Assembly: GCA_001949185.1 (NCBI GenBank)
Contig: BDGG01000002.1
Coordinates: 7,864,448-7,928,447 of the forward strand
Source: Ramazzottius varieornatus
Lineage: Eukaryota > Animalia > Tardigrada
Direction: 5' to 3'
DNA length: 64,000 nucleotides
Shown here: one piece after another, positions 51,428 through 63,708 of the stretch
How the letters are laid out: each line of letters opens with the position of its first letter
How positions within the stretch are numbered: the stretch's first letter is position 1
Made by a program: the position numbers and the translations under genes
The notes under the pieces: generated by a model
Database searches by the model: none
What the model was told of the DNA's origin: nothing
Seen by the model: the letters and a program-made list of their open reading frames with translations, nothing else

Positions 51428-53852
51428 ACCTGCCAGCTCAAACTGTAACTTTCGCTGGTTTAGAAACGCTGGACGGCACCGCCTGCGAGAACGTCGACCG
51501 AAGATGGCAAGGAAGTACTTGAAGTAAGAAAAACTGTAGGGTGAAGAAGACGGACGGCAGAGTGGAGAAGTTACGGTAAGTTAGTCTGGGGATCGTTAGG
51601 AAACGCTGGTTTCTTAATTCGCCCAAAAATAGCTGGAGAAATGAGTGCAGGAGGGCGGATGATAGCGTGGGAAAGGATCGAAAGTCAGTGATTTTATGGG
51701 CTGCGGAAAGATAGGCCAGCATAATTATGCTATGGAAAAACAGAAGAACTGATTTCACACTGGGAAACTTTTCTGCAGAGGCGCCGCATAGTCGTTCTTC
51801 TACCAAAACTTTGGGAAGCATCCTTGAACAAAAGATAGTGAAAATCTCGTAGAACAATGGTTTTATTGTATCACCAATCCGTTGGCAGTCACCGCTGTGA
51901 AGGCTCCTCCAGTGATATTAAATATAAGTACAGTAATTGAGAATTATATTCACGTGCCAAACATTTTTGTTGTCGAAAATGCCGTTATTTGCTTACCAAA
52001 AATTTAGTTTCGAAAAATATTTCCGCCTAATTCTCGCAACGAGGTTCTGGATAACGAGCAGGGAGCATTTGTGTGGTACTTTTGATGTGGTGGAGCAAGG
52101 TTGTGTGAGGTTGAAGAAGGAAAAAGTTCAGCGACTGCTTTTGGTGTGATGGGGAAGACCACCGGAAGTTGTAAGGCGTCCGTCCACTGTCGTTCCTTCC
52201 TTTCATAAGCGGGATGTTTTCATAGCTTCACATTTCGCTGTGTGCGCTGCGAAAGCCGCCAAGGCGGACATTCATGATACAAGTTGGTCGATTCTTTCTT
52301 CCATATAATCCATGTCGATTGCATTAATCGGAGGGTTGCGCCGTAAAGCCAATCACCGTGTATGTTTTAGCGATTGCGCTACAGCTGACAGACCTCGATG
52401 GTGGCGTTCCCCGGCGTACTCATCATATCCCAACCGAGAGTTTGCACAGTCTAAGCATTACCGAAACCAGCCGGTCGGCGTGCAATCCTCCAGTTTCAAA
52501 AGTGTATCGATCTGTCCTTTTACTTTTTGCTTTCTTCCTTCCTCCCTTCTGCCTCTCTTCCTTCCTCGTTTCCCTCTTTGTGGTTCACTGTGGCTCTTTT
52601 GCTCGATCGGGCTGAGAGAGTGGCAGCCCCGCAAGGCTTCCTTGTCGACAGTTGATGTTAACGCTCCCAACATCAGCTTGAGCTCCCTCCAGCCAGCCAT
52701 TCACTCACTCACTCAGCCAGTCTCTCCTAGCTTCCTTCCTTCTCAGGCAATTGCACACGCACAAGAAGGCTGCGGCCATGTGCCCACACAGACCATAACT
52801 TTGCTGTGACGGCGAACTTGAGCCTTCTCGTCCGTACTGTAGGCGACGTCGAAGATTCAACGACCAGCGTGCTGCTACTGGGCATAATATGTAAAAACTT
52901 GACATGAGGCAGCAGACCGTGTATACTAGGTTTACATACTTTCCTTTTGAACCAGTTCATGGTATATCGGATTTTCGCTTTTCTTCCCTGCAGTATTGTC
53001 TGCGCAGATCAAAGGTAGCGAACATCAGCTCAGTTACCTGCAGCAACTTCCTCCTCACTCTTTTTACTCTGACGAACTTATACCACACTCAGACTGATCC
53101 GATGCAAGCTGGTTTGCTTCTAAACTTTGTCGGTTAATTTCTGCGAAATTTTTTCTGTTGTTTGTACGGCTGGAAAGTTCGGAGGACCTAATGCGTATGT
53201 TGATATGGGTTCGCTGATTCGAGATTGTTCAACAAAATAATGATTATGGTCTAATTGCTTTTATGTTGAAGAGGATATTATGTGTACGGTTTCCAGCAAA
53301 TCTTTTCCTGGGTTGGCGTGCACAGTCAACAGCGTGTTGCAGCGTCGCGATCTTTCTTGCCTGATCTGATTCCCAGTCAGGAGCCATAGTGCAGCTCTAT
53401 GGTGAAGCCCAAATCATGCTGAATCTCTTCAATAATGAGTTAGTTGATCTATGACTGTTGAGCTGGAACAGCTAAGCCTGGACGCCTTGCTTTGTTGGCA
53501 GGAGCCCGAACCCTGAAATTGATATAGTGAATGGTCGTGTGGTAGCACGTTCCTCTTCCCGCGGAAGCCTTGTATAGTCCTGGCACCACAACTCTTCAAT
53601 TGCACTTTATATGCATTTATGCCCCCTTCACCATCGAACGCTAAGCTGGCTGACTTTTCGCGATCTGCAAGCAGACTCTGTTTGTGCATCATATAGCCGT
53701 CCGTTTGGCATCCCCTCCCAACAGTAACTCTTCCAGAAAATGAATGAACGTTGCGTGAGAGAAAATTTTATGCTACCCGGAAGACCGCAAAACTGAATCG
53801 ATGGCAACGTTTATTAAAAATGGTTCTTTGATTCGGGGCTGAATTTTCAACG

Positions 53853-56800
53853 ATGGATTCGGAAAATCGGGTGATCTTGAATGTTGGCGGCATTCGGCAT
53901 GAAACTTACAAGGTAATTCTTATTCCACGTTTTGTTGAGCACAGCGTCCACGCTGAGTGCTTGACTCGATGACATAACTGTCTGTAGCGAACCGAAGAAA
54001 GACGATCGAGCGGTTATCGTTACGGCGGCAAACTAATTCACCCAGATGGCTACCTCAGGTGGCGCATGCTTTCAGTGTTTTTGGCTGACGGGGTGCGCCA
54101 CTGTGGGTGAAGTCGTTTGGCGACGTCCTAATGATTCCCGCGTGGTGGCATTTCGTGGTGGGATGGAACTAAAAACTAAAGCTATGCTTAATTGCAGGCC
54201 ACCTTGAAGAAAATCCCGGCGACAAGACTGAGCCGGCTGACCGAGGCCTTGGCCAATTACGACCCGGTCCTCAATGAGTACTTCTTTGACCGCCATCCGG
54301 GTGTCTTTGCCCAGGTCCTCAACTACTACCGCACCGGCAAGCTTCATTACCCCACCGACGTCTGCGGGCCCCTTTTCGAAGAAGAACTGGAGTTTTGGGG
54401 CCTGGATTCTAATCAGGTGGAACCGTGCTGCTGGATGACTTACACGCAACATCGTGATACACAGGTAAGCACATAAAGAAGTGCATGAAATATCGCCGAA
54501 AAAGATGTGCCAAATTTTCTGAGGTTGCAGCGCAGTTGTGTAAATGGCACGCGAAGCAGCAGACCTGACGTAGTGGTACGAAAACCGGCAGAACTTCCAA
54601 ACAAAAAAGAAAGGAAGAACGTGCAATTTCCATCTCGTTCTTATTCGTAGCAGCTTTCTTGCTGTTGCGTATGAAATAACTACAGTAGTTAGTGTTAAAC
54701 CGGAAGTCATTATGATGGGCCAAATGGTTGGTTAAGGACCAGGCTCGTCGCACGTAGAGTTTCTAGAACTACTTTGTTTTTAAAACAGGTTTGGGATTAT
54801 TGATAAAATCTAAAGATCGATATACCGGGATCGGTTCTTGACGCACGTTATCGATATGCATAAGGCTAAGTATGTTGATCAAAGGGTTTTATCGTCCGTA
54901 GGAAACGTTGACGGTGCTGGATCGACTGGACCTGGATACAGAAAAGCCCTCGGACGAAGAGGTAGCGCGGAAATTCGGCTTTGAGGAAGACTACTTCAAC
55001 GGCACACTGTCAGCATGGCAGACCATCCAACCGAGGATATGGTCCCTCTTCGACGAACCTTACTCGTCCAAAGCCGCCAAGGTACATTAACCCATACCAG
55101 CATGCGCATCATTCTGATCCAAAAGTTCAATTCCAGTGTTTTTCGCGCTAATTTTTCTTTACCGAATTCATTTTTAAGTACTATAGAGATAAAGATAGAA
55201 TGATCCTAAGATATTATTCATACAAATTTTTAAATATTTTAGGTTTTCGCAATTTTATTGATGGGGGGATGATGCGACGTTGCTGGTGGTAATGCACTGT
55301 GAAAGGGTGAAAGTTGGACAAATTGTCAAAGTAAGAGTTGACAAAACTCGGTTATAGTGGTGAGGTCGTCACGACAAGCTCCCGCGGGACATATCAGGCT
55401 TGTCCAAGCTCATCAGGCTTGCCATTAACGTCACTGGCCAATAAACATCTCACAACACTTGCCCACCCATGACGAGATATTCCAAGAGCTATGCTGTGTC
55501 CTGGTATCGTGGGCGCTCATTTTTTCTAGCTGTGTTGTGTCAATAAGCTGGGTTTGAGTGATGGGCGAAGCACAGGCTGGAACTAAGGACCCTGATAGCA
55601 ATACTCTGCTAGAACACTGTCATGTCATTAATTATACTGGGCGGACACGATATCAGTGAACTTGAGGTCCCAGTATGCGATTGCTGGTGTCGAACCACTA
55701 AAAGCGTGTCGGGAAAATTGAAACGATATACTCATGCTATAACGATCACACACAATGACAACAAAGTGACTTTGGTCATCAGACCTAATCTGTAGGAAAA
55801 TATTTGCTCCGTCCAAACCACGATAAAAGATACTAGAATTCGAGACTAGAGTCAGCTTATTTCGAGGTTTGCAGCAAAATGGGGGCTCGGCAAACATACT
55901 TGACAAAATCGTTTTTCAAGTGGTCCATGCTTCCGGTCAATGATAGCGGGAAAGTGCGCCACCTGACTCGACTCATCAAACCCAACAGGAACGCTTTTCT
56001 GAGTGACGCACGCTATCAGCCACTAACAACAGAAAAGTGCGCCACTTGGCAAGCGATCTCGTCGACTGTGACTGCGAAATCCCAAAATACAGTTGTCATT
56101 TAGTCTGAATGGAAAACAAATCTGTATGTTTTTGTAGTTCATTGCGGGCATCAGTGTATGCTTCATCTGTATATCCATCATATCCTTCTGCCTGAAGACC
56201 CATCCAGACATGCGCGTGCCGGTCATCCGTAACGTGACGATCCAGCTTTCGAGGACCCTTCAGTCATGGACGCTGGACAAGCGAAGTACCGAGCCGCACG
56301 TTGCTTTCTTTTACATAGAGTAAGTTGGAAAAATATTGACACGTTCGTTCCAATAAGCGAGAAATTTAATTTGAGTTGGTGTCCGCAGATGTGCCTGTAA
56401 CGCCTGGTTCACCTTCGAGATCCTGATCCGGTTCATCGTCTCGCCCAACAAGCGTATTTTCTGCAAGGCCCCCGTCAACGTCATTGACTTTGTGGCCACG
56501 CTCTCCTTCTACGTCGATCTCCTGATGAAAGAATGTGGGCCAACAATCGACAAGGCCGACATCCTCGAGTTCTTCTCCATCATTCGGATCATGAGGTTGT
56601 TCAAGCTGACAAGGCATTCTCCGGGTATGTTCCTTCCCCATTGGTTGCTCTTTCTTATACGCGGAGTGAAAGCAAGTGTACTTTACAGGCCTCAAGATCC
56701 TCATTCACACTTTCAAGGCGTCGGGCAAAGAGCTCTCCTTACTAGTCTTCTTCCTGGTTCTCGGTATCGTTGTCTTCGCCAGCCTCATCTATTATGCCGA

Positions 56801-57949
56801 GCGGATACAGAGAAACCCCAACAATGACTTCACATCCATTCCGGTAAAATTTCTCATGAGTTGTGTTTTTTGAGGCCTTCGGTTCATATCTAGCGTCATC
56901 TACCTTTCCAGGAAGGATTATGGTGGGCCGTCGTTACGAGTAAGTTCTTCGATAGTTGAAACATGGACACGTGGGCGAATGAATTTAGTCGAATCTTCGT
57001 CGCAAGTGGCGCACGCTTCCATTGTTAGTGGCTTATAGTGTGCGCCACTTGGAAAAGCGATCTGGACAGTTCATTTGCTCGCGCCTTTGATCAGTTAGGC
57101 AGAGCTTTGAGTATTGTACAGTATCCTACCAGTCTTTTGACTTATAGTGACCACCATCGGCTACGGAGACATGACACCAAAGACCTACGTGGGGATGGTG
57201 GTGGGTGCCTTATGCGCACTGGCCGGTGTACTGACGATTGCGTTGCCCGTGCCTGTCATCGTCAACAACTTCTCACGCTTCTACTCACATACTCAAGCGC
57301 GATCGAAGCTACCCAAGAAACGTCGGCGAGTCAACCCTGTGGAAGCTCCACGTCCCAAGCTGCCACCTGGCGCTGCCAAGATGGCAGGAGGACCTCCTGG
57401 AGCAGCTGGGCCAGCAGTGGGACTTCCGCCCAACGGACCTGCCGCAGCTGGACACATTCACCAACCACCACGCAGAACCGGAGCCATGAAACATCAGAAC
57501 ATACCGCTACTCAACAATTCTACTGATCGTAAGTACCAATCCCACCCGCCATTTCGTTTTCGTCTACCCTGTCAGACACATGCCTATTTTTACATGGTTT
57601 CACATGTTACTCTTGCATGTGCGACGCCGCAGCCACGCTTTTTCCCTTGATTGTGCCATACTCTTTCATGGAGTTATACAATGCGAAATTGTGGTAATCG
57701 CAACCGATTTCGCACCGAGTCGAAGGTTGCACTTCCGCCAAGCGTGCAGACTGGCAAGTTGCCATCCTTGCCCTTGTTTTGTTTTCAGATGATGGCTCAA
57801 ACGGTTTGAATACTTCGGGGAACGAGCTTCCGGATCATGTTAGTCCCAACAAAACCAAGAAAAGGTCGAAAGACCTGGAGATGGACAGCTTGATCCACGG
57901 CCAAGGGCCGCCTTCCTACAACAATGCAGCCGCTGCGCTGGTGGCCTGA
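53853..57949 (+). CDS. Shaw: Voltage-gated K+ channel Shaw (Kv3), multi-exon
   Basis: [20 protein letters not shown]|[14 protein letters not shown].. (T1 domain); S4 [14 protein letters not shown]; pore TMTTIGYGD; S6 ALPVPVIV; last exon ends [14 protein letters not shown]. Confidence 0.96.
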
Positions 57950-58305
57950 GGTCCTTCTTGATCTATCGTTTCTCTTCTTCCCTATCCGCAGAAATCTTTT
58001 GTTTCCTGAACTGGTTGATATCAAGTATTGCTTACAAACTTACTCTTGCGTTTCTGAATCGATTAGGTATTTATCTTGGCTCTACAACAAATGTATTCCG
58101 GGGAAATCTAGAGAGAAGTAAAAAGATAAACCCGATCACGTTTCGAACCATATAATTGATGGCTTGGTCAGACTCAATAAAAGACAGTGAAGAATAAACA
58201 TTCAATCAATGAAACAGATGATTTGGCTATAAACACCGGGCGCAACTGACAAGAGCAGACATCTTCTCGACCTCTTCCAAGGCGGAAGTGGAAGCGAGCG
58301 TGAGT

Positions 58306-58689
58306 TTAGTAACGTCCAGAAGAGCCACAGTTCGGTCCACAGCGCTCATTGGGTCCGTGTCCACACTTGCTCCAGCTGCCCATGCCCATTCCCATACCGG
58401 AGCCTCCAGACTGCATTATAGGTCCGCATCCGGGTCCGCAGCGGTTGTTCCAGTAGCCGTCGCCCATTCCCCGCCCTTGCGTGTTCATCGGCCCGCAGCC
58501 AAGTCCACAACGATCCATCGGTCCGTGCATACAGTTGCCCATTTTCTGCTGCTGCATCCACGATCCGTACTGCGGAGGTCCACCGCGTCCATACTGTTGA
58601 CCACTCCCGCTTCCACGGCAGCCGCAGCCGGAAGTGCCGCAGTTGTTGCAGCGGCTCCACATTTGGGGAGGGCAGTTGTTGCACACCAT
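58306..58689 (-). CDS. Small Cys/Gly/Met-rich intracellular protein with RCGxxCG repeats
   Basis: 127-aa ORF MVCNNC..; three RCG(L/P)xCG units; TATAAAAG at ~58807 on the minus strand and a 5'UTR acceptor at ~58702. Confidence 0.65.
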   Translation of the reverse strand: MVCNNCPPQMWSRCNNCGTSGCGCRGSGSGQQYGRGGPPQYGSWMQQQKMGNCMHGPMDRCGLGCGPMNTQGRGMGDGYWNNRCGPGCGPIMQSGGSGMGMGMGSWSKCGHGPNERCGPNCGSSGRY

Positions 58690-59308
58690 TTTCAGCACCT
58701 ACTGTAAGAAGGAATAGAAGCAGACGAAGACGGGAGAAGAGAAAAAAACAAGGTAAAGCTGGCAAGTGATTGTGGGAAACAACCGTGAAGGTATCAAAGC
58801 TTTTATATTCCAAACCTTTGTTTGTGTTTTTTTTATCTAGCCATCTGGGGAAAATTCTCGAGCAGCCCTGAGGCACACGTAGAAGAACAGAGAAACGCAG
58901 CTGGCAGCCTGGCACTCGTAAAGTGACGCCAGATCACGAGAGTTTTAATGAACATAAGATCCGTCGGGCGATTTGGCTGACTTTGAGGCTACGGCGGAGG
59001 TTGGGTCCACCCCTTTGGAATTTCCGATCAAGAGAGAGTATGGCTGCAGATGGCGTGCCGAGTTACAGGCCTGGTGCCCGGCTTCTCGCCTCCGGATTTG
59101 ATCTAGCGATTAAACTTCATGATTTACACTGATCTTAAGATATATTCCACGTCGCCATCATATTTTCGAGACATTTATCACTTTGAGTAGGTTTTGTTAA
59201 AGAGAATTGTACACGAAAGACATCCAAACTGATAGACCACGAATGGAAGTAATGTGACGGTGTTAGAGGGCGTTGTTTCTTTTCAGCGGTCGTCGTGTCG
59301 GTGTGTTG

Positions 59309-59728
59309 CTAATGATGACGTCCTCCACCCCCATGATGTCCACCATGATGACCACCGAAACCTCCATGGTGGCCACCAAAGCCAACGTCACGATGGACCA
59401 CCGTCGGTCCTCGATGAACGACGACCGGTCCGCGGTTAACAACCACTGGTCCGCGATGGAGGAAGCCAGGTCCGTATCCGTAATATGGCAGTCGCGGATG
59501 GTAGAGAAGTCCAGCAGTGCTTCGAAGCAAGAGGGGGATCGATAAGAGGGCAGCTACTCCCAACGCCGTTCCCATGGGGTTGATATGGACACATCGGTGC
59601 ATTCCACATGCGCAATTGGGAGCGTGGCAGATGCTACATTCTCCGTACATGCTTGCTGTGCAAGGACAAGCGGCGACGACGACCGGTGCGCTAGCGGTAT
59701 AGGGAGGAGGTGGGTAGTAGGCGGCCAT
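59309..59728 (-). CDS. Small orphan protein: PPPPY, Cys/His cluster, hydrophobic segment, (H/N)RGPxVV repeats, GGHH tail
   Basis: 139-aa ORF with ordered repeats; TATAAGA ~105 nt upstream on the minus strand. Confidence 0.7.
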   Translation of the reverse strand: MAAYYPPPPYTASAPVVVAACPCTASMYGECSICHAPNCACGMHRCVHINPMGTALGVAALLSIPLLLRSTAGLLYHPRLPYYGYGPGFLHRGPVVVNRGPVVVHRGPTVVHRDVGFGGHHGGFGGHHGGHHGGGGRHH

Positions 59729-61237
59729 CTTGAAAAACCTTGTGGCGGTTCTCAGTAATGTGGGGCGTTTATCTGCACAGAGTATGCGGAAAGATATTTA
59801 CAGATATGTGAAGGAAGTATGTTTGCAACTCTTATAGTCCAATACAGATTACTCAACGGATCACTGACGTGAATACTAAAAACCAAATATTGTGATGACG
59901 AACGTTGTAGCACGAAGAAGTCGGCTAAAGGGAGCTTCCAGAAAGCTGCACAACATTAGAAGAATCGTGTTTATCGTCGTTGAATATATGCTTCAGGTAC
60001 GTAATACAAGTATGAGATCATCGACGAAAGCCTTTGGGTTTTCCACTCGCAGATGCTTTGTCTTGCGTGATACAGTAACCGAGATATTTTGTTTATGTTA
60101 TTGATATTTGAGAGTTTCTTGGAGGCACCAGCTTGCGACAATACCACTTTAGTCCATATTGAAGCACTCCGGGTTTCCACCTGATGGTTTGCCAGTTTTT
60201 GAACCACAGAAAAGAGCAAGCACAGGAATCGAGCTGAGCCAAAGACCATGAAGTTGTTGATGAAACGGAGGCCGGCATACGAACAGTACAAGAGAATTAT
60301 CTCAAGTGGCGCGCACGTCCAGCCAATGACAGTGGAAAGGTGCCCACTTGAGAGGACGGTTTTGTAGTTTGTACGTTTTGCTTGCTGGCTTTCCCAACGT
60401 TCTTCTCGATACCAGTAGTCTTGATTTTACTTTGAGTTTTTCGGAGGCAGTTTTGATCCATTCAGATTCAAAGACACCAAAAGCCAGCCATCTGCCTGGA
60501 CCGTACCAAATTTCTTACTCATCGCTGGCCGGTTTTCCTGTAGGTATACTCAAAATTCATGGGTAACTCAACTGTCGTAACAGGCATTACGGCCGTGTTG
60601 GTAAAGCGAGACAGAGCAGTTGGCCTTGAAGGAGAGCCAGGAGGGTGTCAGGGGTGAAAGTCCACAGGCCCTAAGGGCTCACCCCTTTCCGTCTCGCTGC
60701 GCTCTTTTAGCGTTGACGGACATCCGGTTTCGCCATGAGTCGTCGTCGAAGAATTTTGAACATATTTTTATGCTTCCCATGTTGAATTCGATCAGTGAGC
60801 GAAGAAGTTTGATCGAACAAGCAGACAGATGGAGACGACTGTGGCGCCCCCGGTGGTACCCAAAGCCGTCAACGAGGTCTCCCTCTCGCTGTGTCGTGGA
60901 CTTCAAAATGTGACTGGCCTAGATTGTAAAGTACTGATTTGTCGACGAACAGGTTTAAAGTCCGAGAAAGTCAAATGTTTTGTCACAACGGGGGCCTTCC
61001 GGCGTAATTTAACCTCGGGATTTGATGAACAAACTAGACTCAGTTCTTATCTGACGTGAGCCAGTTTTCCTGTTATTTTTGTTACAGATCAAGAGCAGGT
61101 CTTAACCAAGGTCTTTCGAACTTCGTATCTTGATACGAGCGTTACGTAGCCTTACTTCCAGCTATATCACGATGTTCATTGTTTACTTCCGTTCGATATA
61201 ACGGAAGATAAAAACCTTTCCGCTTCGTTACAGAGTT

Positions 61238-62966
61238 ATGGCAACTCCCGCAATTCAGGCTACAGGCAATTTGCTACATGAAGCAGAGGATAATCTTTTC
61301 ATCAAAGACCTTCCCAGTAATGGAGACTGGAAGTCGTCTGCAACGACCAAAGGACGTCTAACATGGCAGCTGATTTTCGCTGTGGTCGTCGTCTCTTTTG
61401 GAACATGGTTCCCCATCGGTTACAGTTACGCATCGACGAATACTCCGCAAGCCATCATCATCGAGTGGATTCGCTCCGTCAAATGCGCCCGCCTTGCAGG
61501 ACCTGTTGCTTTCAGCCAGGTTTTCTTCAATGATAGTCAGAAAGGCCCCGTACCAGCCTATGATGATGCTATGCAGGATATATGGTGCAAGGCCGTTGCG
61601 GAGAACGAAGAACATCTGGTGTTGTCAGAGAACGCCGAACTGAACAGGATATGGGCAATAGTTGGCGCAACTGTGGGTGGTGGAGCGCTGTTGTCTCTTT
61701 GGAGCACCAACTGGTGGCTCAAACGATTCGGCAGCAAGAACACCATGTTGATCAACAATTTTATTGGTGTTGTGGGCACCGTCTTGGCCAGCTTGTGTGT
61801 CGAAGCGGCTTCGTTCGAAATGTTGATCGTTGGAAGGTTTATTTGGGGTGTGAATATTGGGATATCAATATCGGTCCCTCCCATGTATATTGCCGAAATT
61901 AGTCCGGCCTCTTTACGGGGCGCAACAGGCACCTTTCCTGGAGTGTGTTTCGTCGGGGGAGCATTCACGGCCGTTGTGCTAGGTCTTCCGCAATTACTGG
62001 GTGGGCAAAATGTTGTCGTACGCGAACAAGCGGTATTTTGGTCCCTCTTTCTATCGTGCATTTTTATTAGGTACTGAGCAGCTTTGGCCGGTGATATTTT
62101 GGCTTCGAGCCGCACCAGCAGTCGTATTCCTCCTGACACTACCATTTTGCCGCGAAAGTCCTCGTTACCTTTTACTGAGGAAAAACCAGGCAGCTGCTGC
62201 TCGTCGAGCCTTGACATTCTTTCGCGGTACGCAGGACGTCGATGGAGAACTTCGCGCCATTCAGTTGGAGGGTGACTCCATGCTTGCGGGTGGATGCAGC
62301 AAACACGTTTCCCTTCTCGGCTTGTTCCGCCATCCCTTCCTGCGTCGCCTGGTGATCATTTGTACGGTCGTTATCCTGTGCAATCAGTTTTCCGGTGTTG
62401 CTCCCATCAGTATCTATACCACCGCGATCTTCACCAAGATCGGACTGAGCAAGTTAGAGTCTCTTTACGGGACTGTCGGCTTCTTCTTCCTACAGATACT
62501 GGCTGTGCTGACTTCCATGTTGCTGATGGAACGAGCGGGAAGGCGTCTCCTTTTGCTAGGTGGATTTTCCGTGGCGGCACTCTGCCTGTTTGGCATGACC
62601 CTCTTCACGGCTCTGGGTAAACTGAGTTATCTTTGGGCTAACTACGTCAGCATGGTTTGCGCACTGGTCTTCATTGTGGCCTTCAATTTGGGACCAGCCT
62701 TCCTCCCCTTTGTCCTCGTTCCGGAAATGTTTCCACAATCGGCCCGCAGTTCAGCCATGACACTGGTTTCCGCCGGCTGTCAGTTGCCCAACGTTGCTAT
62801 GACTTTTCTTTTTCCCATTGCCGACGCTCTTATAGCGGAATACACGTTTCTAATTTTGGGAATTATTTTACTTGCTGGCACAGTCTATATGTATTTCAAT
62901 GTTATTGAAACTAAAGGCAAACCGCTCAGCGTCATTCAAGCTGAGCTGCGCCAGCGCTTCGGTTAA
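61238..62966 (+). CDS. GLUT/SLC2A-type sugar porter, 2 exons (intron 62001-62070)
   Basis: FEMLIVGRF..PMYIAEISPASLRG; ESPRYLL; NQFSG; ERAGRR; PEMFPQSARS; ETKGK. Confidence 0.93.
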
Positions 62967-63093
62967 CGCATAACACAGATATAACCAAGAAGAACAAAAA
63001 GAGGAAATGAACATAATCGTCGTCAGTAAAACCTGGATACTTGGACGCGCGCAGTATGCGCGAAAAAGTCGACTAAACCGACTGAACCGGTTT

Positions 63094-63708
63094 CTATTCT
63101 CGGTGGGACTGTGATGTTTGGGTGGAAAGCTCCACACCACCAGTACCACCACCATTGGCGGTCGACTTCCGCAACCACCGTCCAAGAGGAGGAACTTGCT
63201 GTGGTTTCTTTGCCTGAATGTCCAGAGCCATTTTCTCCACTTCTGCGACGGTCCTTGGGAGTGGTTGACCTTTAGTTTCTCGAAGAAGCCAAGTAGAGAC
63301 AGCTGCGATCATTGAGACTACTCCGACAAGGATGAAACCTCCTCCTTTAAAAGATGACTTTGCGCTCTGAAGAAAAAAAGGCGTCAATTCGACGCGTCAT
63401 TGAAGACAGTGGGTAGCGAACTCGATGGCAGCCTTACCATGAGCGGAAGCAATGGGGTGAAAAGGCTGGCAATCCGTAAATTGGTGCTGCACAGACAGAA
63501 AGCATTGCTTCGGATGTCCGTTGGAAAAAGTTCGGTAGTGTAGACAAAAATGACGCAAAGGGTGCCGAAGAAAGCCATCCGGCTGATGAAAGCTAGGGCC
63601 GTCTGTGCAACCAAATGCTCGCTTCCGAAACCACCAACAAAGCCGGCAATGATGGCGAAAACACCTCCCGTCAAAAAGTAGAAGGTGAGCGGTAGCCGAT
63701 GTCCCAAT
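63094..63708 (-). CDS. SLC22 organic cation/carnitine transporter-like, last exons only (5' part beyond the window)
   Basis: LGHRLP; VYTTELFPTDIRSNA; LRETKGQPLP; intron ~63437-63368. Confidence 0.85.

Larger units (their letters stand above)
1768..60360. repeat. Dispersed ~90-bp palindromic repeat family (core AAGTGGCGCA-N27-TGCGCCACTT), at least 28 copies, mostly intronic
   Basis: Core starts at 1787, 1855, 3667, 5154, 18677, 20049, 21497, 22697, 22769, 24230, 24822, 39063, 39824, 40771, 42268, 42340, 42947, 43687, 43758, 44523, 44594, 48165, 48603, 54057, 55918, 56001, 57004 and 60304. Confidence 0.9.

Noticed and set aside
54072-54710. 212-aa - strand ORF
   Set aside because: Antisense shadow of Shaw exon 2 and flanking introns.
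1768-57070. Palindromes as introner elements that create introns
   Set aside because: The copies lie inside introns, well away from the splice sites, and the paralogous MADF intron exists without one.
1768-60360. Palindromic repeats interpreted as CRISPR, attC or REP arrays
   Set aside because: Eukaryotic intron-containing DNA; copies are dispersed, the spacers are homologous to each other, and no cas, integrase or RAYT gene is present.
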